Assembly: GCA_973895155.1 (NCBI GenBank)
Contig: OZ316898.1
Coordinates: 2,021,927-2,085,926 of the forward strand
Direction of reading: 5' to 3'
DNA: 64,000 nt
DNA from: Marsupella aquatica
Lineage: Eukaryota; Plantae; Marchantiophyta
The notes beneath the pieces were generated by a model. The model saw only the letters and a program-made list of their open reading frames with translations, was not told the DNA's origin and did not search any database. Both the position numbers and the translations under genes were made by a program. Of this stretch, positions 53,646 through 64,000 are shown one piece after another; position 1 is the stretch's first letter, and each line of letters begins with the position of its first letter.

Positions 53646-53986
53646 AAACCAATTGGCTTAGGTCAATTGGCTAGAGGATTTGCCTGGAATTGAGAGGTCC
53701 CAGGTTCAATCCCCCTTGACACACTAGGGTGTGGAGGGTATTTGTGTGTGGGTGGGATGGGTTTTGTGGGTAGTGGATTGGAGTTCTGATTATCTGCTTG
53801 GCCCCTGGTCGTCCACTTTGTGGCCTGATTTAATCCTCTCTCCTTCCTGGTGCGGGGTCCTGTCGGATCCGTTGGGGCTCACCCTGGCCTGGGTTCCCTA
53901 CAGAGAAACTGTCACATTGGGATGGGGGGAGTCTAATTGTATTTCCTCCCCATTTCCGTTCAAGACAAAAAAAAATCAAAAAAAAA
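53646..53986 (+). mobile_element. tRNA-derived SINE, about 340 bp
   Basis: A-box-like TGGCTTAGGTCAATTGG (from 53654), B box GGTTCAATCCC (53703-53713), A-rich tail 53967-53986, imperfect TSD AATTCACCCTG / AAATCACCCAG. Confidence 0.75.
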
Positions 53987-54312
53987 TCACCCAGTAAAAT
54001 TAAAAAAGTGCTTTTGTCTTGGTCTTTTCTAAATTTTGGCCTTATCATTGTTTTTCCTTGGTTGAGGTTTTTGCCGAAAGGATCACGTCTTCTCTTTGGA
54101 CGTTTTTTGTTATTTGGCAGTTTGAAATAATTTTTACCAGTTGTAGATCTTGGACAAACCTTTATTTTCAGCCCTTCATCGGATTAAATGGTAGAGAGAA
54201 GGCGCAGGGCCAAGAGAAGGCCTGACAGCTATTGGGTGGAATAGAGTCTGTTGGCAAGTGTATTTGAACCCTGGGGGGGGGGGGGGGGTTGACTATCAAA
54301 AATCTTAGGAAT

Positions 54313-54530
54313 CACGTGCGATTGAAAATAGGTGTTTTTGATATAAGTTAACTAAAATTTTAAAAAGCATAGAAGGCAAAAAAGGTATTATAAATTCATG
54401 TTTTTAAAATATTCTCTAATATATATTTTTTATAAAATAAAATAGGCTATTCACATTGAAAGTAGAGAATATTTTTGGAATATTTTCTTTATAAAATAGG
54501 TCTATGTATATTAGACTAAGATCGCACGTG
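54313..54530. mobile_element. AT-rich MITE, 218 bp, TIR CACGTGCGAT
   Basis: Perfect 10-bp inverted termini; second copy at 27.5-27.7 kb. Confidence 0.75.
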
Positions 54531-56957
54531 GTACCCCAAAAGATACACTTAGTTAACCTCCGGAGCTTAACCGGAGACCATTTAGAATGTTGATTCCTCA
54601 TTAGGCAGAGTGTTTTATACAACAAGTTTTGGTTTAAGAAAGAAGGGTTGTTTGTTAAGAAGCATAGTATGTTTGATGACCACTTTTGAAACACAATTTT
54701 GAAGGTAGGGGCATGGATGCTGAGCAAGGGGGCAAGGAAGGATGGCAGCAGAGGTAGGCAACAATGGAAGATGTTTTTTTGTTTTTTGATATGGTGAAGG
54801 ATAGGCAGGGGCAAAGGGAGAGGGCATAGATTCTACGTGGCAGTAGGAACAGAATTAGCAGAAACAAGAAAAGGAAACCTCTGCCTCCCAAAATTAAAAA
54901 AAGAATTAAAACACGCATTCTCCTTAGATTTTCCCATCCCTCACCGTACTGCACCCACCCCCCTTTGAATTCTGCACTGGCCCTCACAATGCAAGTCATC
55001 ACCTTCCTCCCCTTTGCAAAAGTTTAAAACGAAAGACTCCTCTCTTCCCACTCGTTTTACTTTCCCTTTTCCCCAAAAAATAAAAGCAAAAGAAACAATG
55101 CCGCCTCCTACATGCCGAAGCCCCCCCCAAAAGACAAAAGAATAAAAGTGAACAACAAAATAGAACAGAAAAACAAAGTGAAACACACACACACACACAC
55201 AAACAACCAACTCCACGTGGCCTCCTCCCTTTTGCACTGGCCTCCACCAGTCTACATCATTTGTAACGGATGGTGTTAATGTTATTTGAGCCTTATGTAC
55301 CTCTTGTTACAGTCACTAGTATATTAAACTAGCTCAATACCTTTTGGTGTGTTGCACACAAGCGAACAATGAATAAAAAACCATTCTGTTAAAAGCGATA
55401 TTGTGTAACAGATGATTGCTACAAAAGTGATGTTGTGTAACTGACAGATGATTGTTATAAAAGTGATATTGTATAAAAGATGATTCTGCATGGAAATGTT
55501 GTTGCAAAATGACACAAAAGAAGCTGTTACAGAACTGATATCATGGAAGAAAACATGTTGTATGTAAAAGAGGTTGTTCCACAAGAGAGGTTACAACACT
55601 TAGGGTTTCACTGCATAAAGATGTCATTGCATAATAGGTTGGTCATCGTGCTAAAGGGGGTTTAGTAGATGATAAATTTTCTCGAAGGAGATTATTATGT
55701 ACAAAGTGAAGAATAACATAATAAAACATTGAAAAAAAATTAGTCACTTTATTTAGAAAACTATCACAGTTGTGTGGGAGGGGGTCGAGGGAGTACTAGC
55801 ATGGTAGGTGGGAGGGGCAAATTTGAGGAGGAGTTTTTTCCCCATCCATGGCTGGGAAGGGGGGGCAGGATCAAGCCTCCCTCTCCCCCTTGTATTGAAT
55901 TTCTGTCCCTACCCCTTCCCATATTGCTTCTCAATCTTTCCTTGGCATGACAAATGTGTAAGATGGCAGTGTACCTCAAACCATGTTATTGCATACCATG
56001 GTTTGTGGGTGCGGAAGCCTAGGCATTTTGGCCGTGTGGTTGTTGTATAGATGTTACAATGTTGTTGTTATTGTTAAGAATGTGGTGTTGTCAGAAAAGG
56101 CAAAGGTCAAAGCATGGGTATGTGAGATGAGTGACCAAAGCCACCAATGGCATGGAGTCAAAACATGTTTACACAACATGAGGGCGTTAGTTAGTTTAAT
56201 CAAGTTAAGTTTTTAAATTCTTTCGAGCATTTCAGTTTTACTTACAAGCTCCCTTTTGCATGAATGAGAATAAAAAGTGGTTAATTAGTGTTAGGTCCTG
56301 CTTTTTTCGAAATGGAGGAAAGTACTTTTAGGGTAACAAAGTATTAAAATGTTCAATATAATTGTGTAATGTGAAATAATATAGTATTAAATAATCAAAA
56401 CTGGCACAATCTATTTTGTCGTGTACGGATTTGAGGGGCCCACTCCTGAATACTGGAGGTACAACACATAGTGAGGACACATGTAAAGTGCTCTGGCCAA
56501 TATGCAGTCTAGAATATTATATTATATTAAGAGATGGTAAAAAACAATTTAAAATATAACTGATTTTATTTTTTGTCAAGATTTGTCATTATGGTCGAGA
56601 CTATATTTGAATCTGTCATATTTCCTTTTCGGCTTCAGCTTGATACGCTAAATCTTCCTAGTATGTCTATTTCTGAGTGAACATTGTACAATCCTTCCCA
56701 GTCTACTCTCTTTCAATCTATTCTCGGTTCCTTAAATTGTCATCTCAAGGCGCACCTTTCGTTCTACTCTCTACTCAAATCTCTTTAGTGAACATTGTGC
56801 AGTTCTTTCTAGTCCATATCCGTTTCCTTGTATTCTCAGTTTTTCATTTTCTTCACTGAATAGTGTGTTTCCTGCTAGTTATCTCCAACGCGCATGCTTT
56901 CCTTCTATGCTCAGTGTACTAAGTGTACATTGTGCAGTGCTTTCGAGTCAACCTCTC

Positions 56958-57525
56958 TATCTCTTCAGTGATACTGTGCATCTTGCTAGGCATTTTCAAC
57001 GCGCAACCTTTCCTTGTGTTCTCCTCAACGTCGTCGTGCAGTTCTTTCGAGTGAAATTGGGCGAAGGAGTGGGGAATTGCGTCTTAGGTGAGTCACTTTT
57101 ACGGGTATTATACCTCCACCCTCTGTGAGTGAAATCCAGCAATTGTCAGCTTTTAGAACGTTCAGTCTTCGCTCTTTCTAGCGAGCTATTGTGCACTTTG
57201 AGACCTTCAGCGTTGCGGAGGTATCGCCCTTCACTTATGCTTTCAGTTCCTCTCATATCTCTTCAGTGATACTGTGCATCTTGCGAAGCATTTTCAACGC
57301 ACAACCTTAAATTTTTTCTATTCTCCTCAACGTCGTGCAGTTCTTTTGAGTGAAATTGGACGAAGGAGTGGGGAATCAAGAGATTGTTCCATCGCGTCTC
57401 AGGTGAGTCACTTTTACGAGTATTATACCTCCACCCTCTCTGGGTGAAATCTATCAATTGTCGGCTATTTAGAAAGCTCAGTCCTCGCTCTTTCTAGCGA
57501 GCCATTGTGCGCTTTGAGAGTTTCA
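56958..57525. repeat. Diverged direct duplication, about 300-bp unit x2
   Basis: TCTCTTCAGTGATACTGTGCATCTTGC...GGTGAGTCACTTTTACG...CGCTCTTTCTAGCGAGC twice. Confidence 0.9.
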
Positions 57526-57544
57526 CCGTTGGGGTAATATCTTA

Positions 57545-58040
57545 CTGGAAAGTTGCCGACAGAGAAGCAGATGCGTAAACTCGCCTTCGTTGCGTAGTTC
57601 GGAACGAAAACCCAAAGGCCGGTACACGCACGGGAGTTTGCTATTTATAGAAGCTTATTCTACGCTCTTTCTAACTAGCTACTATGCCCTTAGACACGTT
57701 CAGCGATCGAGGAGAAATCTCGTACTCGAAAGTTGCTGACAGAGAAGTAGATGTGCAAATTTCGCGACGACTGCTAATTTCCTTCGTAGCTTAGCGTAGC
57801 TCGAAACGAACAGTCGAAGACGGGTACACGCACGGGAAGGTCCCTTGCGTTCCAGCAAAGCTTTTTCTCGAGAGCTATTGAGCCCTTCGAGACGGTCAGC
57901 GAGAGCGGAGATAGTGTACTCGAAAGTTGACGACAGACAAGCACTATAGATGCGCAATTTCGCTGCGACTGTTAATTTCCTTCGCCGTGTAGTTCGAAAG
58001 GAACAGTAGAAGGCGGGTACACGCACGGGAAGGCTCCTCC
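57545..58040. repeat. Diverged tandem repeat, about 180-195-bp unit x3
   Basis: AAAGTTG..GACAGA.AAG and GGTACACGCACGGGA recur three times. Confidence 0.88.
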
Positions 58041-58048
58041 ACGGTGTT

Positions 58049-59050
58049 GAAGGTACGAGAGAAGCAAAGGTAAGGCCCAGTCGAATTCTTTTCGCTGTAG
58101 CTTTCAATTTCGTACCGAAATGATTTTTGCCTCAAGGCATGGTCTCGGCTGGTCAACTTCTTCACGATGCAGAAGCTACGGGAGAAGCAAAGGTAAGGCC
58201 GAGTCGAATTGTTTAGGCGCTAGCTTTCAATTTGCTTGTCTCGAGAAATGGTCTCGACTTCCAACTTCTTCACGATGCAGAAGCTACGGGACAAGCAAAG
58301 GTAAGGCCGAGTCGAAATGTTTAGGCGCTAGCTTTCAATTTGCTTGTCTCGAGAAATGGTCTCGGCTTCCAACTTCTTCACGATGCAGAAGGTACGGGAG
58401 AAGCAAAGGTAAGGCCGAGTCGAATTGTTTAGGCGCTAGCTTTTAATTTGCTTGTCTCGAGACATGGTCTCGGCTTCCAACTTCTTCACGATGCAGAAGC
58501 TACGGGAGAAGCAAAGGTAAGGCCGAGTCGAATTGTTTAGGCGCTAGCTTTCAACTTGCTTGTCTCGAGAAATGGTCTCGGCTTCCAACTTCTTCACGAT
58601 GTAGAAGGTACGGGAGAAGCAAAGGTAAGGCCGAGTCGTATTGTTTAGGCGCTATGCTTTCAACTTGCTTGTCTCGAGAAATGGTCTCGGCTTCCAACTT
58701 CTTCACGATGCAGAAGGTACGGGAGAAGCAAAGGTAAGGCCGAGTCGATTTTTTAGGCGCTAGCTTTCAATTTGTTTTTGTCTCGAGAAATGGTCTCGGC
58801 TTCCAACTTCTTCACGATGCAGAAGGTACGGGAAAAGCAAAGGTAAGGCCGAGTCGAATTTGTTCGGCGCTAGCTTTCAATTTCGGACCGAAATGTATTC
58901 TTGCTCGAGGTACACGGTCTCGGGTGTTCCCACTTCTTCACTGTGTTGAAGGTACGGGAGAAGCAAAGGTAAGGCAGAGTCGAATTGTTCTGGCTCCAGC
59001 TTTCAATTTCGGACCCAAATGTATATTTTCTCGACGTACATGGTCTCGGC
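58049..59050. repeat. 108-bp tandem array, about 9 units
   Basis: GCAAAGGTAAGG with GT at 58070, 58193, 58301, 58409, 58517, 58625, 58734, 58843, 58969; inner units nearly identical, outer units longer and diverged. Confidence 0.97.
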
Positions 59051-59509
59051 TCCCGTCTCGATTATTCCGACTTCTGGCCGAAATGTTTTTTTCATGTAGC
59101 ATGCGCTGTCGGCTATTTCAATTTGTTGCGGAACTGTCGTTCTCGTAGAATTGCTGCCCTCGGCTATTCCACTTTCTCGGCGAAATGTAGTTTTTGTAAG
59201 GCTCGTGCTTTCGGCTATTCGAACGCCTTGCAAACATGTATCTTTCTGTATAGGAGGCTATTTCAATTTCTTATGGAAAGGGCCTTTTTCTATAGCTCAT
59301 GTTATCGACAATTCCAGTTTGGAAAAGTGTTTTACTTACTATGGTCTATTCTAACTTCTTGAATAAAAGTTTTCTTTTTCTAAAATATGATCTAGGCAAT
59401 TTCGCAAATTTGAAATATTTCAGATTTGAATTGTAACCACATGCTGCTTTGGGATTGTAGTGTGAGCACGAGGAGCTTTGCAGACAGCATTCGGTATTTG
59501 ATCATCACC

Positions 59510-60868
59510 ATGGCAGAAGGCAGCTTGCCTATTACTTCTGTGCCTTTATCGACAGGATTTCTGAGGGGCAGGGCTCTTGTTTACCCCCTTACCCTCGTAA
59601 TTTCCTTGTTTTTTCTGTGGGGTTTTTCATACGGACTATTGGATGTGCTGAACAAGCATTTCCAAGTAGTTCTCCACATCACAAAGTTGGAATCCACGGG
59701 TCTCCAGGTAGTATACTTTGGTGGTGGTTACCTATTGTTTTCTCCGGTTGCAGCTGAAGTCATGAGGAAGAGAGGTTACAAAGTCACTATTCTTATGGGG
59801 CTCTTTCTCTATTCTCTTGGAGCCATTTTCTTCTGGCCCACTGCACACTACAGCAGCTACTCACATCGCATGATTTCATTTGGCGGCTTTTGTGCGTGCA
59901 CTCTTGTGATTGCTTGTGGGCTTGCGACTCTCGAGACAGCTGCCAACTCCTATGCAGTTGTCATTGGCGATCCAGCATCTGCCTCTGCTCGATTGCAGTT
60001 TTGTCAGTCATGGAACGGTGTGGCTTCTTTCATTGGCCCTTTCATTGCTTCGAAGTATTTTTTTACCGGAGCAAATGCCAGCAACCTTGTGAACGTCCAG
60101 TATGTATATCTTGCTGTTGCTTGCGCTGGTGCTGCTGATGCGCTCCTCTTTATTTTTGCCAAACTCCCCGAAGTCTCGAAGGAAATGCTGCAATCGTCTA
60201 CCACGGATGATATTCAGATTGATGAATCTGGTCAGGAGATCAGTCAGGGGCCTTTGAGGAGACAGTACAACATGATCTTCGCGTTCCTTGCTCAGTTTTG
60301 TTACGTAGGGGCGCAAGTCACGGTTGCATCATTTTTCATCAACTATGCCACCGAGAACGCGGACTTTTCTTCAGCTTCGGCCTCCAACTTGTTATCATAT
60401 GCTTTGATAACATTTACTGTAGGCAGATTCTTTGCCACAGCTTTGGCAACTATTTTCCAGGCTGATTTTCTTCTTAGCATCTATGCAGTCTTTGCAATTG
60501 CCTTGAATGCTTATAGTTGCTTCGGCCGTGGTAGAGTTGCTGTTGGTGTTCTCATTTCTTTGTTCTTTTTTGAGGCACCTATGTACCCGACCATATTTGC
60601 TCTTGGTACTGCAAACCTTGGCATTCATACTCGTCGTGGAGCTGGCATCTTGGTCATGGGGGTATCTGGTGGAGCTGCTTTTCCACCAATTCAGGGTGCT
60701 ATTGCAGATTCTTATGGCACCAGAATTTCCTATTTAGTCCCTTTAGTTGGCTTTATATATGTTCTGTGTTATGTCTTTTGTCATTGGTTACTTAGCGGCA
60801 GACACATTTTCAGGGTAAAAGAAATTGCTAGTTCTAGGAAGGGTAAGGAGATTAAAGTTTCAGCATGA
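59510..60868 (+). CDS. fucP: MFS sugar:H+ symporter, L-fucose permease (FucP/GluP, FHS family), 452 aa, intronless CDS
   Basis: SLFFLWGFSYGLLDVLNKHFQ, GLATLETAANSY, ARLQFCQSWNGVASFIGP, AQFCYVGAQV, FTVGRF, MYPTIFALG, MGVSGGAAFPPIQG; about 12 hydrophobic segments; accATGG context. Substrate not provable from sequence. Confidence 0.92.
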   Translation: MAEGSLPITSVPLSTGFLRGRALVYPLTLVISLFFLWGFSYGLLDVLNKHFQVVLHITKLESTGLQVVYFGGGYLLFSPVAAEVMRKRGYKVTILMGLFLYSLGAIFFWPTAHYSSYSHRMISFGGFCACTLVIACGLATLETAANSYAVVIGDPASASARLQFCQSWNGVASFIGPFIASKYFFTGANASNLVNVQYVYLAVACAGAADALLFIFAKLPEVSKEMLQSSTTDDIQIDESGQEISQGPLRRQYNMIFAFLAQFCYVGAQVTVASFFINYATENADFSSASASNLLSYALITFTVGRFFATALATIFQADFLLSIYAVFAIALNAYSCFGRGRVAVGVLISLFFFEAPMYPTIFALGTANLGIHTRRGAGILVMGVSGGAAFPPIQGAIADSYGTRISYLVPLVGFIYVLCYVFCHWLLSGRHIFRVKEIASSRKGKEIKVSA

Positions 60869-61078
60869 AGAGCATCGAGCATATAGGGACCGATAGGCTA
60901 CATACTAGACAATCATCACTCTTGAGCAAACTATGAAATACTCTTTCTTAATGGTCTTTTCAAAAATTGATTTGTGCAAATTGGTTCGAGTTTGGCATGA
61001 TATTTGATCGACATGGTGATCAATGTTTCACAGTCGACAAGCATGAATCCACTTTGCAAATGGTGACCTTTGGTCTTA

Positions 61079-61221
61079 TTTTAGTTGAAGGCTCTCGTAA
61101 CGTTGAGAGAACTTTCGTAACTATGAAGGCTGGTCGATCATGTACGTGCGTTTGGTCGTATTTTAGTTGAAGGCTCTCGTAACGTTGAGAGAACTTTCGT
61201 AACTATGAAGGCTGGTCGATC
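61079..61221. repeat. 82-bp direct duplication downstream of the permease
   Basis: TTTTAGTTGAAGGCTCTCGTAACGTTGAGAGAACTTTCGTAACTATGAAGGCTGGTCGATC twice. Confidence 0.95.
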
Positions 61222-62394
61222 CTGTATATGCGTGTGATCTGTATTGCGAACTTTTTTAGTTCCGCTTGTTCTCCGCAATGAAAACCGAAAGAAACGAATA
61301 AGTTTTGCCGCCGTTATTTGTTTGCCTCCGACTGATTCCTTGGAGACATGCGGCTTGTGCACTTCCGCATTTGATAGTGTCAGTTCAGAATTAACACGTC
61401 GAATATTTATCGTGATGTTTAAACACTTAAACCCCGTAATTTCTTTTCCTTTCCTTTCGTGCTCTGACCTCTACTCTCTGCTGCCCGAGGAATACATGCT
61501 AAGCTTTGGTGGTACTGTAGCACTTACGTAGTCCTCTTTCTTTCAAGATTCTCGTGATTAGAGAGTGCGAAAGCCAGGTATGGAGCATAGTAAGCATAGG
61601 TTGTCTCACAAATTGTAATCAGAAGCGGAGACGGGCCTGACAAGAATACACGCTAGGGAAGAAATGCGGGAAGGTCGCACAGGAAAGTGGCCGCGTGCGT
61701 ATTGTAATTTGCTTGCAGAAAATCTTGGGGGACAAAAATTGAAGTCGCTAGCGTATTAGTAATTTGACAAATACAAAGGAGAGGAAGGCAACAACTCAAT
61801 AAGCTTCGACGGGACGTTGGATCGAACGGGCGTAAAGGTTAGCTCGCGCTTGCGTGAAGTGTGTACACTTCTCTGGACTCGAGGCAGATTGTGGGACACG
61901 TAGAAGCAGGCCCGGGAGAGGTCCAGCAGCAAGGGACGAATTGGAGCACCAGCAGAAACAGAGCGCGGAGTCTCAGGTCATGTATGTGCAGTTAAACCTC
62001 TCGTTGTGCTCTCTCCTATTCGCACTCGGTCGTTGGGAGCGCTCGTTGGATTCGTAAATTCGTTCGCGATTACAGGGCAGTAGGTTAGGTTTAATCATTT
62101 TGTTAAAGCGCAGCAATCTTAGCTGTATTAAATAACACTCATCATTTCATTTGGTCAAGTCTTTTGCAAGGGCGAAGCATTTTCTCAAGCTCCCGCGAAG
62201 AAATCTTAGCTCTACTCACTCTGTCGTTTGCTACGATATCTGGTAATGTGCACAGGAAGCTGCAGCACATCGAATCATGAATCCAATACCGATCGAAGAA
62301 GACGCCCATCGATCAATTCGGAGCAGCAGACTGATATTGATTGTCGTTGCGTCGTGCCCTCCTCGTCCTTCCCTCGACGCCCTAAACTCTATTA

Positions 62395-62729
62395 GGGCGT
62401 CTCAACCCTATAGCATTGCGGGCTCCTTCCGGTCACCCAGATGCCTCAGCATTGCGGGCTCCTTCCGGTCACCCAGATGCCTCAGGTCGCTTCCTGAAAA
62501 TGAACACCGGGCCCCAAAATCGGGTGCTCAAAAAACGGAGGTTGAACCTTGACTCGAACCTAATTTAAGTCAGTCCGTGACGGACAGAGTCTAAGTCCGG
62601 GTCATAAAAAAAACAGGTAAAAAATTTGCGGGAGTGAACTCGGTGGGCCGACCACCTGATTCGGACTACCCCGGTCATGGAAGTACCCGGTGTACATGGG
62701 GAATGCAAAAGTTTATCTTTGAGACGCCC
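62395..62729. mobile_element. Harbinger/Tourist-like MITE, 335 bp
   Basis: TIR GGGCGTCTCAA / TTGAGACGCCC, TTA on the left; internal 36-bp duplication; CpG-rich (looks young). Confidence 0.8.
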
Positions 62730-62737
62730 TATTAGTA

Positions 62738-64000
62738 GGGCGTCTCAAACTTGGCCGTCCGAGTCTTTTCCCGGACGGCCGTCCCCCCAAGTTGAGGTCC
62801 GAAACGGTGACTGGAACCGCAGTTCCGGGTGAGTTTAAGCCTGGGGGTACTAACTTTGAGAGGGGTCAATAAGTGCCCCCCACGGATGACGCAGACTTCC
62901 AAACCAGCCCCCGCCCATGTGTAGTTCAAAATGCAAATTTGCCACGGCGTGACGGAGTGCTTCCACTCCTCACAATGAGCACGTCAATTCGTGCATATTT
63001 TGACAAAGAGCCATGAATGTGCAGCTGTTTTGGCTGAGAGATTTGAAAGTTGTCGTTCCCCCTCAAAATTTCTCAAAAATTTGGGTAGTGCGAGTGAGGC
63101 TCCTCATATGGACTATACGGTGGACCACGAAGGTGTTAACTTTGCAGGTGAACGTGTTGAAGCAGAGCGCTTTCAATTTTTGGATTCGCCCCCTCTGATT
63201 GTGAGCGATTCTCAGACAGTCAAAGCGATGGTGGTTGCTGGTGCATCAGCTGGAGCACAAGGAAGACCTGCACCACATGCGACCGTGAACATTCCTACTG
63301 AGAACAAGAAGTTGTCTAGGGAGGACCTATCAAAGATCGTTGATTGGCTCGAAAATGCTGATAACTATGCGATGCTTCATGGGACACAATCAAGGCTATC
63401 GGTTGGTGATAAGCATCCGTCGAAGAAAACTGTGTTTAAGCTTATGCTTATTATGCTGCATTCCAACGGATTTGCAAAGTTTGTCCAAATAGGAGAGAAT
63501 TTGGGCAAGAGAAAGCAGATACATGAGCAAGTTTAAGGAGGCGTTGGCAATGAAGAATGATTTGGGTGCTGGGCTCACCCTGGCAGAGCTAAGAGTGGGG
63601 ATTACACTTGACGGTAAGCTTGACAAGATATGCCCGCACTTTGAAAGGATGAATGCACTTTATGGGGAGCGTGCAAATGTGGCTCCTCCTGCACTAGGGC
63701 AATGCGGTATCCCTGGACAGCCTGAGCTCATATATGATCCAGGATCTGATGAAGAAGAGCCCTATGGTGACAGTGTTGGCCCGCAACAGGATGAATCTGA
63801 GATGGCTGACGACAATGGACCACAGACGCAGCACGAACGGGAGCACGAAGGCGTGACCAATGCTGGTGTTGAAACCGAGGCCCAACCTTGCGCCACTGAG
63901 CAGGGTACTGCTAATACTGGGACACCAGGATATGTTGAGAAGGAGTCACAAGCTAGGCCAATCCCAACTCCAACTCCGGTCGGGAATGGGCAAAGGCGGG
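62738..64000 (+). mobile_element. PIF/Harbinger-like element, left end; continues off the window
   Basis: Starts GGGCGTCTCAAACTTGGCC (related to the 29583 terminus GGGCATCTCAAAATTGGCC) and is followed by an ORF homologous to that in the 27.7-29.6 kb element. Confidence 0.8.
63108..64000 (+). pseudogene. Harbinger ORF1-like (Myb/SANT-like) protein with one frameshift near 63517
   Basis: IVDWLENADNY...SKKTVFKLML...GKRKQ, then in another frame RYMSKFKEA...GAGLT...KLDKICPHFERMNALYGERANVAPP, open to the window end. Confidence 0.7.

Noticed and set aside
53650-53720. Possible tRNA gene
   Set aside because: No complete cloverleaf or acceptor stem; continues into a body and A tail, so called a SINE
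58120-58446. 108-aa repeat ORF
   Set aside because: By-product of a 108-bp unit length; stops and frameshifts in later units
58049-59050. CRISPR-like appearance of the array
   Set aside because: Whole units repeat with no unique spacers; eukaryotic context; no cas genes
59426-59509. N-terminal extension of the permease ORF
   Set aside because: TTG start; upstream ATG has weak context and contains likely splice acceptors; ATG 59510 has accATGG context

Overview
Eukaryotic nuclear DNA from a land plant, most likely a bryophyte or other seed-free plant (inferred from gene content and intron style). Intact spliced genes: a 6-exon secreted laccase (+, 7196-11080, with a GC-AG intron), a CENP-E-like kinesin-7 (-, about 13634-25348) and a TTC27/EMW1-like TPR protein (+, 40562-49539). 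TTC27 sits head-to-head with a frameshifted UTP18 pseudogene. An intronless, fungal-looking FucP/GluP-type MFS sugar permease (+, 59510-60868) lies behind a 2.4-kb CpG-rich set of nested tandem repeats. Its 108-bp unit reads like an 88-nt intron plus a 20-nt micro-exon. Two orphan ORFs/genes occur at 11.9-12.6 kb and 35.6-36.5 kb. Mobile DNA includes a Ty3/gypsy element at the left edge (stop-interrupted gag, a PPT directly in front of the putative LTR, and a long diverged inverted repeat). There are also PIF/Harbinger elements and MITEs stacked end-to-end, two copies of a Harbinger-like ORF, a tRNA-derived SINE, a TSD-flanked insertion in a laccase intron and an AT-rich MITE in two copies. 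All calls come from manual reading; no searches were run.
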